A DNA stretch of 64,000 nucleotides from Eledone cirrhosa (taxonomy: Eukaryota), in contig OZ024744.1 of the NCBI GenBank assembly GCA_964016885.1, positions 70,308,001 to 70,372,000 on the forward strand. The letters run 5' to 3'. This document shows, piece by piece, positions 27,901 through 42,310 of the stretch. The position numbers and the translations under genes were made by a program. Every line of letters starts with the position of its first letter. Positions within the stretch are counted from its first letter, which is position 1. The notes under the pieces are model-generated. The model saw only the letters and a list, made by a program, of their open reading frames with translations. It had not been told where the DNA came from and did not search any database.

Positions 27901-28561
27901 CTGCGCCCTATTTTTGTAACTTAGCCAAGGTCGTCCAATAATGTGATTCCACAAGAGATACCACACACAAATTTATATACTTTGACTTTGTGTATTATGA
28001 CAAAAGTTTCATCAACCCAGTCTTGTGGTATGGAAGTGTCCTTCTAGCTATTTGTTATTAGATCAAGTATAGTAAATTAACCCTTACCCTCTCCCCTTTT
28101 GCGGCAATTTTACTTGGATGCCATCTAATTCTGTTACCCTGAAGTATTGATCTGATTAAACACCAAAAACTGCCTTATCCTATATAATCCATATAATAAA
28201 ATATATCTTGTTGGATAAGCCATCAACAACTACTTCATCTATCACTGAACTATCGAAGAAAATATCAGTAAAATGTTTTTTTTCAACACTACATGATACT
28301 TTAAACGTCTTTAATATATGGATTCAGGAGAAACTACAGAAGAAAATTGCAGGCAAAAGAGCAGGCGTAGAAGGCTATACAGAGTTTTAAAGGCTTTCAT
28401 ATTAAATGTATCTTAAACCTCTGCCAAAATATTTGACCACCGTTTGTTTTTAATCTTACATCATGCATTTAAAATAAATTTTCAACAATACAACCGATTG
28501 ATTTTGCATTTCGTGTTTAACAGAGATTGATGTAGAATATCTTTTATCAAATCACTAGTGC

Positions 28562-28745
28562 AGGATTAGCAGAACCGTTAGAGCGTTGTACAAACATCTT
28601 GCAATATTTTTTCCAGTTCTTTACGTTCTGAGTTCAAATCCTGCCGGGGCCAGCTTTGCTTTTCATCCTTCCGGTGGTCGATAAAATGAAGTAATAGTTA
28701 ATTTATTCCTCAATTTGCAGTCCTTGAACCTAAATTAGAAACCTT
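28562..28745 (+). mobile_element. Diverged SINE S1
   Basis: TTAGCAGAACCG A-box, GAGTTCAAATCC, GTCGATAAAAT, CCTAAATTAGAAACC tail. Confidence 0.7.
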
Positions 28746-29266
28746 TATTATCATCAAACCAACCACTGTGATTCTTTTTTCGAGACTCCAAGAATATACC
28801 TGATCCCTAAACTTTTTTTCCTCAGGGGCCGTCAAAGCTGAAATCAGAAAATTTACTGGACACGGTTTTTCGAAAATGGCTATGCCAATTTAGTCACACC
28901 AATATATGGTGGAGCTTGTACCCCTTTCACGTGAACCTTTCTCCAAATTCTAGATTGGACTTTCCGTGTATCAGTTTGTGTTCCGTGTCCCATTCGGCAC
29001 TACGTAGCACTCGTATAATGAAAATATCTTGAATATTAACTGTTAAATCATTTATAATTATGTCCAGACATAGGATGAATCTTTGTCATATTTGTGTTTT
29101 AGACATTGATGAAAGAAAGTGTTACAAATAGCTAGATTGATTTCGGAGCAAAGTTGAATTGCAAACCAATGATTCCCGACTTTTTTTTTCCCCATGCCTC
29201 ACTTCGAACCCACACTTTCCATAAAAAACCTTTATCCCATTATGATCAAACAAAGTTAGTATATGG

Positions 29267-29560
29267 CAGGGGCGTGCAACAGGCGGCCCGCCAGACCAGT
29301 CAGAGTGGCCCGCGATGACCGTTTTTAATTTTTACCGTATTTAAAAAGGATTTCGTAACCGTAATACAATTTTCTGTTAGCTAACCTATACTAAAGGACT
29401 TCACTGATATGTGTGTTATGTGTGTTGTAATTTCCCAGTTCCATGTTATGGAAAGAAGTTGTGGTGAATCTTTGGAATAGTACTTAATAAATATTAATGG
29501 CCTAATAGTTATTCCAATGTTCAAAAGTGGCTCGCCAATGGAATATGTTGCACATCCCTG
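29267..29560. mobile_element. hAT (Charlie-like) MITE
   Basis: TIR CAGGGGCGTGCAACA / TGTTGCACATCCCTG; perfect 8-bp TSD GTATATGG. Confidence 0.9.
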
Positions 29561-30492
29561 GTATATGGTATAGTATATTCTAAAGTCTCCCGCCTCACCA
29601 GAATATTACATGACCTAACGGTCGCCCTACCTTCATAAACATTGGTGTAGACCAGTGTTATTTGTTTCAAATGCAAAAATGACCTAACACATTCCAAATA
29701 CGTTTAAAGTCAATAAGAATTACAAATTTTTCCCGCTGTGGGACAGATGACATGCTGATATGAAAGAATTCGTAGAAAAGTTGAAATAGAAAATGCTGTC
29801 TGTCAAAGTTGGAGTATAATCCGAGAAAAATTACGTATTGTGTGGACGATGGCCGAAATCGGAAATTCACTATGCGATAACTTATGCTATTAAGACGCAC
29901 AATTTTCTCAAGTAAAGTTCCTCTGATGATAAAACATACCCCGCCGTAACTTTGTTGATCTTCATCTAAAAGAGAGTGCTGTTATAACTACTATATTTAA
30001 TCTTTATAGTTCCTTGGTGACAAGCGTTCTTCTACATTCTGGTCCGTTAGACGAGACACGATTCAAAAAGTTCTAACGTTCCAACAACAGACATTCAACG
30101 TGTCACGATCATTTCTATTTAATTTAACTGTTGCAATTATTTAATTTTTCCTTCTTGGTTTAGGCAATTTTTGAATTAGGCAATTTTTTATACACTTTTC
30201 TAAGACCTTTTCAATAGACAGTGGAAGCAATTCTCTCCCTGAACAGGGCTGCATACGCAAAAAAAAAAAAAAAATCTCCGCCCATGATAACGTTAAAAAA
30301 AGAAACCTCCTATGTGCAGATTCGTGACTATATGTTCCCTACTGCTTACTGGTTATGTATGCACATGTCGCAACTTTTCTAGCACAACACGCATACGCAC
30401 ATTCGCACACTCACTCGCGCAAACACACACATACACACATACAAACAAACACACACATGTATGTAAATATATATAAATATATATATGTATAC

Positions 30493-30531
<39 letters not shown>

Positions 30532-30600
30532 TAATATATACATATAGATACGTACTTTCGAACATACACGCACATAGATATGTATATATGTATGTATATC

Positions 30601-30693
<93 letters not shown>

Positions 30694-30696
<3 letters not shown>

Positions 30697-30995
30697 CTTT
30701 CTTAATTATTTAATTTCTCCCTTTAAGAAAAGTGTTGGTTTCTAATAAAGAAACAAAGCTCCTTTGCTGGAGTTTAGATAACAAAAATGATAAGCAGGAC
30801 ATGTTAAACATAAGAAAACTATGCTATATTTTTACTGTTCCGCTTGCAGATTGTTTATACCAAGTGCAATTTTAGCTGGCCATTTTGTTTTCTTGAAAAA
30901 ACTTCAAGCACTACGAGATTGCCACTTAGAGATTTACTAACACACCCAAGTGCACCAAAGATTAAAGGCATAAATATACATATATGATCAGGGTA
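30694..30995 (-). mobile_element. Diverged R4-clade LINE 3' fragment ending in (CA)n
   Basis: Minus strand translates PDHICIFMPLIFGALGCVSKSL, matching HPDYTFRFMPVIIGALGYISNCL at ~57850; shares the TTAGAAACC 3' UTR motif. Confidence 0.7.
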
Positions 30996-31144
30996 AATGA
31001 AGTCGTGGCTTTCGAAAAAGGCCCCTTGAAGACTTTACGTTAGTTATCCATGGGTTGGACAAGTCGTTGTGGCCCGAATAAGTTTTTGTAGAGAATTATT
31101 GCCCTCATAAACGGATAAACGGATTGTAGAACTTTTTACTCGTA

Positions 31145-31199
<55 letters not shown>

Positions 31200-31766
31200 T
31201 AAATATAAATTAATATATATGATGAAACACAAATACCAACATATCTGTGTTTATATTGTAAAAGAAATTAAGTTAGCTAGAATGAAAACTCAAGCATTCC
31301 TTTACAATGAATGCTTGAGTTTTGAACTCAATACACTTAATATATATATATATATATATACATTCCTTTGCATGATTCCTATGGCTAGATACCCTTCTTA
31401 TCGACAATAACTTTATAGAGTCTATTGCGTTCATTTTATCATAGCACTAGTATTACAAAGGTGTTTGAGTATGCTGCAAGTCTAAGTTGGCATCTCAACC
31501 CTATGATGTTTCCGTTTGTTCACCAATCAATTTGCAAATAAAACGTGAAACGGGTATATATAGCTCTAACCGAAGAGGATTCGTCTTGTCGTTGGTTACA
31601 ATAAACAGTCCTCTCTACTCTACGTTCTCTCAGTTAATCCACTAAACACTTTCCAGTGTGTAGTGGGTACATTTTATACGTTAACTTGTTCATTGACTAC
31701 CTACTCTACAAGGTGTATGTATGTATGGTCCTGTAACTCCTGATAGAGTCGTAGAGGCACAGTATT

Positions 31767-31997
31767 GACATACGGCGTTTCTTGGGCGTTTTAAGCCTGG
31801 CGGAGCCCATCCCTTTCCGGGCCTGAGTACTGCAGCTTTCTTCTTGAGAGAGGAAGATTCGACCCCAGTACTAGACTGGTACTTATTTTATCGACCTCGA
31901 AAGGATGAAAGGCAAAGTTGACCTCGGCGGGATTTGAACTCATAGAGCAGACAGCCTGAACGAATACCATACATCATTCTATCAGATATTCTAACGT
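31767..31997 (-). mobile_element. SINE with S1 head/core but alternative tail (S1b)
   Basis: Tail GGGCTCCGCCAGGCTTAAAA..CCGTA shared with 52818-53048. Confidence 0.7.
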
Positions 31998-32482
31998 TCT
32001 CTGCTAATTCACCGCCTTGTAGAAGTCTCTGTAAATATTCTTTTTCTCACTGACACCTATGATAGTACATAATTTCTCTTTTCTTTCCATTTGTATCTGG
32101 CACACAATAATTCACCTTTCGAGATACGGGGGGCTATTTAACTTTAGATTGTGCATTATCTAGATCTTACAAGAAAAGCCAAACGTGAAACCAGCTAAAT
32201 TAGCAATATGTATGTCGTTCTCCAGATTTGTGGCGTATTTCGCACCAGCGTAGTGGACAAGGACAAAAATTGTGAATCCTTCTACACAATCATACACCAT
32301 TATATTCAAATCACTGTGTGGGTTTCCCAATCGTACAGTTCATAATTATTGCTAATCTTGAGCTGGTTTGACCTCTCACTGTAAATGCAACCATTGGATA
32401 ATTGACTGAGCAGTTGGACCAACATACGTCGAGATCATCGAGAGTGTTGTAAATGTGTGTGTGTATTTGTATGTGTATGTGT

Positions 32483-32595
<113 letters not shown>

Positions 32596-32737
32596 TATAT
32601 ATGTGTGTGCATGCACTTCTGCTTGTGATTAGGATTTCACAGGAATGATCAGAAGTCTATTTTCTCATTTCTGTAAAACTTTAAGTAATGGGATTCTGAA
32701 TAAAAATTGCTTCTTATACAAACATACTTGCGCGCAG

Positions 32738-32812
<75 letters not shown>

Positions 32813-32840
32813 AACAAACAAACTATGGAACTAACATAAT

Positions 32841-32978
32841 TGTTTCTGCTTTTTGGCACAAGGCCAGCAATTAATCCCAGTGTATTACTGGTACTTTATT
32901 TTATCGACCCCCGTAAGGATGAAAGGCAAAAATTAACCTCGGAGGGATTTGAACTCAGAACGCAAAGGGCCATAACTC
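32841..32978 (-). mobile_element. Truncated SINE S1 with 15-bp TSD
   Basis: TGGAACTAACATAAT at 32826-32840 and 32979-32993. Confidence 0.88.
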
Positions 32979-33029
32979 TGGAACTAACATAATGTGCATA
33001 TATTGAAATGTACATACAAATCAAAGCAT

Positions 33030-33121
<92 letters not shown>

Positions 33122-33144
33122 GCATAGAAAACGAGAGAGAAAAG

Positions 33145-33227
<83 letters not shown>

Positions 33228-33754
33228 GAGAGGGGGGGGGGTAACAGTAAAAGAGGGAGAAAGTAAGAGTTAAAGTGAGAAAGAAAGATAACTAAGGGGA
33301 TATTGAAGGAAAGGGAGTCGTGTGTTCTATTTTAGAAGAAAAAACAAACAATGCTCAGTTTTTCTTTTCCTTTTCTTCTATTTTCATATTTCGTTCTATT
33401 TTTTCATTTTATTCTATTTCAGAAAATTCATTAACTTTCAACCCTTCACACTCTCCTTTCAGAGAAATCCGGTCAGTTTTAATCCAGAGGCTGTTTGGGA
33501 ATCGGGTGTATTTGTATTTGTGTGTGAATTATAATGGATATACTGATTAGGATAAACTGTACCGAATTTTTGTGCAGATTTGTTGAAAGATGGTGTTGAT
33601 TCAAGACAAACGGACATATATTCATGTTTATTATATAAACATATATATTTATATATATATGTGTGTGTGTGTATGTGTGTATGTATGTGTGTGTGTGTGT
33701 GTGTGTGTATGTGTGTCTGTGTGTGTAGGTGTGCGTATGAGTGTGTCCATGTAC

Positions 33755-33786
<32 letters not shown>

Positions 33787-33815
33787 TGTATGTATATATT
33801 TACATATACATACAA

Positions 33816-33850
<35 letters not shown>

Positions 33851-33913
33851 CGTGTGTGCGTGCGTGCGTGTGTGCGTGTATACATACACACATACACGCA
33901 CACAACCACAGGC

Positions 33914-33970
<57 letters not shown>

Positions 33971-34103
33971 AATATATATATATATATATATAAATATATA
34001 AATATGCAAAAATGTGTAGATATATATGTATATATATATATAATATATATATATATATATGCATATTTATATATATATGTATAAGTGTGTGTGTGTGTAT
34101 GTG

Positions 34104-34151
<48 letters not shown>

Positions 34152-34406
34152 CACACACACACCGTGACGTGACATCAGTACCTATTTGAAAAGACAACTT
34201 TCTTATAAAATAACAACATAACTCCCTTTCCTAATTAATCAGACCCCAGATACATGTATCCCTAATAGGACCTACCCTATTAGTCTCGGAGCTAATTATG
34301 TTGATATAAGGAAGAAACCCCGCGATTTCCACTCTGTCCCGTAGAGATGTTCCAAGCTATGTAACATTGGTTTGACATCATTAAGATGTGTATATACATA
34401 CCCACG

Positions 34407-34438
<32 letters not shown>

Positions 34439-34457
34439 CACGCCCATACACACGTGA

Positions 34458-34508
<51 letters not shown>

Positions 34509-34549
34509 CTTGATTGTATGCATGCATTCATATATGCATACATCCATAT

Positions 34550-34650
<101 letters not shown>

Positions 34651-34655
34651 TACAT

Positions 34656-34716
<61 letters not shown>

Positions 34717-34723
34717 TACATCC

Positions 34724-34756
<33 letters not shown>

Positions 34757-35556
34757 AGCGCGCGTTCACACGCACACACTCACACACACATACACACATA
34801 CGAACACTCTCTCTCACACACACACTCACACACACGCACTCCCGCACACGCACACACACACACTCACACACACATACACACATACGAACACTCTCTCTCA
34901 CACACACACTCACACACACGCTCGCACGCACACATACACACACGCACACACGCACACACGCACACACGCACACACACACGCACACACGCACACACACACA
35001 CACACACGCACACGCACACGTACACACACACACACACCCGCACACACACACACACATATATTTATATATACAGGCAACAGGCAAACAGAAATAACAATGC
35101 AAACGGGACAGTACAATGAAGAAATATATTATTAGTTTTACGCTTGATATAGAATAAGAAATTTAAGAAGAAATAGAAATATTGAGGAGTCGGGCAGTGG
35201 CGGAACGAAAAAAAAAAGTTTTAGAGAAAAATAACAAGTCCATTCATGTTGTCATCTCTAGGAAAACTGTTGTTGCTGGCATTTTTGTGTATGATAAACT
35301 TATTTTAAAAGGTGGTAATCGAACGCGTCTATCTGAAAGGGATATAGACTAGTACGTGTATATATATATATATACATATATATACATATATATATGTGTG
35401 TGTATATACATGTATATATATATACATGTATATACATATATATATATATACATACATATACATACATATATACGAACATAACCTGTAACCATTTGTTGCT
35501 AATACTCCTTAATTCAACCGTAGTTTATGTATGTATATATGTATGTATATATATAT

Positions 35557-35724
35557 AATTGTTTCTAGTTTTGGCACAAGGCCAGCAACTTACCCAGTGC
35601 ATTACTGGTACTTTATTTTATCGACCCCTTAAGGATGAAGGGCAAAGTTAATCTCGGCGGGATTTGAACTCAGATCATAAAGGGGCGTAACTATATGCTG
35701 CGGACGCCATGCTTTGCAGCATAG
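35557..35724 (-). mobile_element. SINE S1
   Basis: B-box, core and tail on the minus strand. Confidence 0.8.
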
Positions 35725-35919
35725 AGTGATGATAGTTTACACAAGTGGACAAAGTACTCCTGGGGAAAGGAAAAAGGTAAATATGCGTTGGGACTGATCC
35801 ATTTCAGAAATGTATAAAAGTAGGCCTATTGACCGTTTTTTTTTAAACTTATAATTATTTTGTTAACTACTCTATAATTATTATCCGTTACCCTTCTAAA
35901 ACTAAACCATAACTTATTT

Positions 35920-36039
<120 letters not shown>

Positions 36040-36484
36040 TGTGCCTGTGTGTCTGTGTGGATGGGTGTGTCTGTCTGCCTGTGATCTGCATTTACCACGC
36101 ACTGTTCAAGAGTCAGCCCACCTCGTGTTCCTGGGAGATAGAATGGAGGATGGTGAGTTTGACGCCTCTCCAATTCGCAGGGCTCACACTTGCGTGTAGC
36201 GAAATCTGCCCTAATAGCAATTAGTAGGGATGTGGTCCGGAGGTCAAAAATGCTGAAACCCTCCAGTACCACAAGCTCGACAACAAACTTATCACAGAGT
36301 GGCCGAACCTTCGACAGTTCGCCTTCTTCGGTATGGCGAGCAGCCAAGCCTTGGAATGGTTAAAGATGCTTCTCGGTTGCAAATGAAATTCCAACACAAT
36401 CTGCGAGGATTGTATATAAAAAAAGGATATGTAAAGAGTGTCGACTAAACATTCATAGATATACTTACTCTATATTTTATACAT

Positions 36485-36789
36485 CAGTGGTCTCCAACCT
36501 TTTTTATACCACGGACCGGCTTCATGCCGAACAATCTTTCTGCGGACCAGTAGTTGCACACATGTGTCATTTAAGTGCATTTCGGTAAAGAGAGCAGTAA
36601 TAAAAAGAGCAATTTATTAAAGGGAAGAAAAAGTGTATAATCTTTTAACTCTCATGTAAATATTTTAAAATTAAAGTCCAATATTCAATTTATATATTAT
36701 ATAATTTTAAACAATTTATTTTTTGCGACCCGGTAGCAAATGATTCACGGCCTGGTACCGGTCTGCGGTCCAATGGTTGGGGGCCTCTG
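36485..36789. mobile_element. hAT (Charlie-like) MITE
   Basis: TIR CAGTGGTCTCCAACC / GGTTGGGGGCCTCTG; 8-bp TSD TTATACAT/CTATACAC (6/8). Confidence 0.8.
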
Positions 36790-37059
36790 CTATACACAAT
36801 TAAAACAAAAGACTGCTAGTGAACCAATAATTTATTAACTGAACTAACTGCCATCACTGCGGTTTATATGGAAATCAGCTTATCCGATTTACTAGAGCAT
36901 TTGATAAGCAATGTCTCTGGACAGTGAAAGTGGGTAACTTGATCGCTGTCGAAGTTGAAACTCTCTCTCTAGGAAGATATCGTATATAAACCATGTTATT
37001 TACATATATCTGTACACAAATGTCCATAGAATAAACACCTAAAAAATTTTCCTTCCGAG

Positions 37060-37303
37060 GCACAAGTTCGGGCTAGCTTGTTTGCGGAAAACTAGCAGTT
37101 GCACTTGCATAACAGTCACCTCTCGTCACACCACCGATGTTGTCCAAGAGAAAGGCAATGGCCGATACAGCTTGGCACCAGTGACGTTGTATCTCATTTC
37201 TACAACTGAGTGAACTAGAGCAACGTGAAATAAAGTGTCTTCCTCGAAGACACGACACAACACCCGTTCACGAATCGAACTCACAACCTAACGATTGTAA
37301 GCC
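37060..37303 (-). mobile_element. Second tRNA-derived SINE family (S2)
   Basis: Minus strand B-box GAGTTCGATTCG followed by GTGTC..GACACTTTATTTCACGTTGCT; partial copy at 8250-8287. Confidence 0.7.
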
Positions 37304-37485
37304 TAATATATATATATATATATATATATAAAGAGAGAGAGGGGGAGATGGGGGAGAGAGGGGGGATAATTGGTAGCGTTGCACCGTGAGAAGGATCGTC
37401 AGAAGTATCACTCACATCATCCATATCTCTAGAAATGGGAATGAGTTAAGCTATAGGTCAACAACTTCTGGTGGGAAAAGAGATA

Positions 37486-37513
37486 CGCCGCCGGAACTTC
37501 AGAAAATGGCGGC
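37486..37513 (+). promoter_or_regulatory. Candidate YY1 motif plus ETS-like site in CpG-rich unique DNA
   Basis: AAAATGGCGGC (37503-37513) next to CCGGAAC. Confidence 0.3.
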
Positions 37514-37878
37514 TTAAGAAACGTATCAAAAATGCTGGTGAAACACACGCGACAAACGAATATGGAGCTTAGTAGTTTAGGTGCTCCGCTCACGATCGCT
37601 GATATATGCAAACTATTTTTTATATATTTCTCCATGGATGGAATAAAAGTGAATGATTTAATTCGAGTATCGAGTCTAGTTGGAGTCACCCTCGGATAAC
37701 TGATATACCCTTTTCCCGTGTACAAAGAGATATGTAGATAATAGATATATGAATGCACCAATCATACGAAATAGAAAATCCTGCTAGCATAATATTAGTG
37801 CTTACGCTTGCAGAATTATACACACAGACACATACACATAAACACACACAAACGCACACACACACACACGGACGCACG

Positions 37879-37997
<119 letters not shown>

Positions 37998-38072
37998 CGA
38001 CATTCATTCACGCACACGCTAGTTCAAGATTATATATATATAATATATATATATACTTCATTGGATATATGC

Positions 38073-38144
<72 letters not shown>

Positions 38145-38578
38145 ATTATTATTATTATTATTATTGTTCTTTGAGTCTCAATCATTGATGTTAGTTAACT
38201 GGAAAGCTTGTTGAAATGAATATCAAGCCACTACCTGCAGCCTCAGATATTCAGGACGTATTGGAGGGTTCTTGCTGTTCCCAGCAAGCATGCCTTTTGA
38301 AGCGTTCCAATTATTATTATTATTATTATTATTATACATTTTTATATATATATTGCAATAATATATATATATATATATATATATAAATTTAGCGAGAATC
38401 GCATTTCGGCGGGTAGAAATTGGCGAAACGCAACTTCTGTATTGTGCAGACAAGCGCTCCATGGATATGAAGAAGATACCAGAGCTATAAACATAAGTTA
38501 AAATGGTCATACACGCTGAGACGATGGTTAAGAAGCCATTAACCACCTTAGCCAAAAAAGCGAACAAGCTAAACGGGT

Positions 38579-38616
<38 letters not shown>

Positions 38617-38862
38617 GCATATTTACGCTTATATCCAATGAAGTGCGTGTGTGTGTATGCATGTTTGTGTATAACCAAAATGATATACATTATATGATAT
38701 ATAACATTAAATGAGATCCATTCCATCTGAACTAAATGGACAGGCCTGCATTATCCAAGAAGAAATGTCTACATTTCATATCGCTGTTTGCCTGTCCGTC
38801 TGTCGAACTATCTTCCTTTCTCTCTTTCTCTCTCTTTCTGTATCTTTATATACATACATAAT

Positions 38863-39113
38863 GATGGCTGCCCCCTCGTTATCGAGTATGGCCATTGCTC
38901 GATATAACATTATTAATAATTATCAATTAATGCTATCGTGCAATGCCCGTGTGTGAAGATTTTTTTTAAGTGAGGAAAGACTGTGCACTGAGCCAATCCC
39001 ACTCTCTGAGCGACAGTAGCTATAACCCGAAAAGAAGAAAAGACAACATCATCGATAACTACTGAGCCGCAGGTTTTATATCGGAGTTATCCCAGTTTCC
39101 TGAGTTGCCTTCT
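38863..39113 (-). mobile_element. RTE-derived non-autonomous element, 3' part (subfamily A)
   Basis: Reverse complement of 45245-45497. Confidence 0.8.
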
Positions 39114-39233
39114 CATACATACACAAATGCTTACACACACACACACACGCGCGCACATATTTTTCTTCTCATTTCCCCCGTTCATTCCTCGTATCACTCT
39201 TTACGTTCTATTTATATTTTATTTCTAACTCTA

Positions 39234-39269
39234 TCTTCTGACGAAAGACTAGTGTCCGAAACATTAAGA
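39234..39269 (+). ncRNA. Minimal hammerhead, family H1
   Basis: TCTT-CTGACGA-AAGAC-TAGT-GTCC-GAAA-CATT-AAGA. Confidence 0.55.
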
Positions 39270-39299
39270 CTCTCTTCCTGTTATTTGAAACGTGTACCT

Positions 39300-39331
<32 letters not shown>

Positions 39332-39341
39332 CATACATACA

Positions 39342-39372
<31 letters not shown>

Positions 39373-39870
39373 GTGAATGTGTGTGTGTGTGTGTGTGTGT
39401 ATATAAACATATACATATTTCTCTCTCTATCTATCTCCATCTCTCTCTCTATCTATCTCCACCTCTCTCTCTATCTATCTATCTATCTCCACCCCTCTCT
39501 CTCTGTCTCTCTCTTTCTTTCTCTCTCTCTCTATTGGCGTAACCTAGTTTGTGGGGGATGTTCTCAGAATTTCTTCATCGAAATATTCAGGCATACGTTA
39601 TATTCCAATAAGCCTTCTTCTTTATTGTTATCTCAACACACTCGGTGAATGAAGTTGGCTCTCCCACGTGTCTTTCTAAATTGAATATCTCTTACAGCTG
39701 TCTACTGAAGATCAACATTCATAGGCCATCGTCGAGCAACAATGAGAGACATCATTTCTTGACTTGATTAGATTTTTTGATTTTTTTTTACACATAATGT
39801 AAAAAAAAAAGGCAACAATGCATAGATTCTTTCTAGCAAGGCTCTCCTGTAAAAAAAATATGAAAAATGA

Positions 39871-39949
<79 letters not shown>

Positions 39950-40081
39950 GAACTTATTTTTTGGCGTATTGTCCCCAGCTCTCAAACCAAATTTTGGATG
40001 ATATTATTTGAGTTTTCGAATCTTTCCAAAAAAGTTCTTCTCTTCAACATGTGATGATAGTCCCATATATATATATCTATA

Positions 40082-40271
40082 TAGGAAAAAGTAAGACCCC
40101 GACGGCAGAGCTCAAGCCGTTTCGACGGCTATTTCTAGAAATAGCCGTTGAAACGGCTTGAGCTCTGCCGTCTGGGTTATACCTTTTCCTATTACCCACT
40201 CTACTACCCTAAGTATTGAGTACTCTGGTGCGTTATGGTCCATCTGGTTCCTTACCACACTTCCTTTGTTA
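40082..40271. mobile_element. Family H3 palindromic half-hammerhead element
   Basis: Palindrome centred at TTTCTAGAAA, with the same tail as 12944-13021. Confidence 0.75.
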
Positions 40272-40602
40272 TATATCTTCGGCTCTATCTAGTGTAGTAA
40301 TTAACCATTACTGCATTCAGGATAATCCTAAGCATTTCTGGCATAACCTAATATATATATATACATAGATATATATGTTTCTGTATTTACATAGATATAT
40401 AGATATATAGACAGATAGATAGATACATACCATGGAGACATTCTGCTGTGGTATATTCTATATATATATATATATATATAAGGTAAGTTATTCCGGGTTG
40501 AACGGAGGTAACCTCAGTAAGTAAGGTACTCAATACCTAGCAGAGTATAAAGGGGCTAATATAGATGAGATTCTACAGGACTAGAACTGTTTCATTCTAT
40601 TC

Positions 40603-40638
<36 letters not shown>

Positions 40639-40929
40639 GCACACACATAGATATATTCTTTTATTTATCACTTGTTTCCGCCATTAGACTGCAGCCATTG
40701 CGGGGCAGTGCCTTGATGTACTTCTTCTTTCAAGTCTGGTACTTACTTACTCTCAATCTCTTTTTTCGAACTGCTAAACTACGGGCCAAACATCAGACAT
40801 AAACACTTATACAGATATGCATTGCTATACGTATACACTTTGTAGTTTCCATAAACCAATTTCCACTCAGAATGCATTGATCAGCACGAAGCTATTGTAG
40901 AAGACCTTTGTTCATAATGCCAGACAATT

Positions 40930-40960
<31 letters not shown>

Positions 40961-41262
40961 ATTTATTTTCCCATATCTTATGTTAAATATTTTCCATCTT
41001 GACGTTATAGTCACTTATATATTATGAAATACTGTTGGCTTCTTGCTCACATTAATTTCTCTATTTTCATTTATATATGTGTATATAAATATATATATAT
41101 GTGTGTGTGTGTGTGCGTGTGTGTGTTTGTGTGCGTATCTCGGGTTCAATCGGGGGTAACCGCAGTAAGTAAGGTACTCAATACATAGCATAGCCTAGAT
41201 GATTTCATTCAAATGAAACAGTTCTGGCCCTGTAGAAGCCATTTCTATATTAAATATATTAC

Positions 41263-41328
<66 letters not shown>

Positions 41329-41452
41329 AGGGAGTGTAACTTGGAGTTACTGTAGGTTCACCAGATGTTTAGGTTCATTTCAGTGTCGAGGTGTAGAGCT
41401 AGACAGGGTGTATTATATATATACATACACATATATGTACACACACACACAC

Positions 41453-41501
<49 letters not shown>

Positions 41502-41642
41502 AAACTTGGACGGGAACAAAAACAGAGAGGCAGTACAAATAAAAGTTTATTATACATATATACAAATAGAATTTCATCGAGATCGTATTTCGGCTGAGGT
41601 CAAAAACAAAGCGAAACGCAATTTTCGAGATATGCGGCAAGC

Positions 41643-41725
<83 letters not shown>

Positions 41726-41732
41726 TATATAT

Positions 41733-41847
<115 letters not shown>

Positions 41848-41852
41848 ATATT

Positions 41853-42142
41853 AATAAATGGAAACTATATTTATAAAACCATATTTATTTATTATACATA
41901 TTTCAAGGGCAACCAAGGCAAATTATGGAGCGCTTTCATCAGATAAAATACAGATTTGTTTTCTAAATAAATATTGACATACCCGGAAAAAAAGACAACC
42001 TTAACGGTTGGAGCTTCCTGGAAGCTCCAACCGTTAAGGTTGTCTTTTTTTCTGATGAAAGCGCACCATAATTTGCCTTGGTTGCCCTTGAAATATGTAT
42101 AATAAAATAAATATGGTTTTATAAATATAGTTTCCATTTATT
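41853..42142. mobile_element. Fold-back PLE-like element with two hammerheads (~41885-41950 minus; ~42045-42109 plus)
   Basis: CTGATGA-AAGCGC...GCCCTT-GAAA-TATGTATA-ATAAA on both arms; perfect central palindrome around 42020; flanked by (TA)n. Confidence 0.78.
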
Positions 42143-42204
42143 GCTTTATATCAGTTATAAACATTTTTAAGCCTGTTGAATCCCAACAAATTAAATATAA
42201 CCTC

Positions 42205-42270
<66 letters not shown>

Positions 42271-42310
42271 GAGGTTATATATATATATAGTAAAGGTTAT
42301 ATATATATAT

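Noticed and set aside
30849-30990. Plus-strand exon after TTGCAG
   Set aside because: Better explained as the antisense of an R4 LINE 3' end
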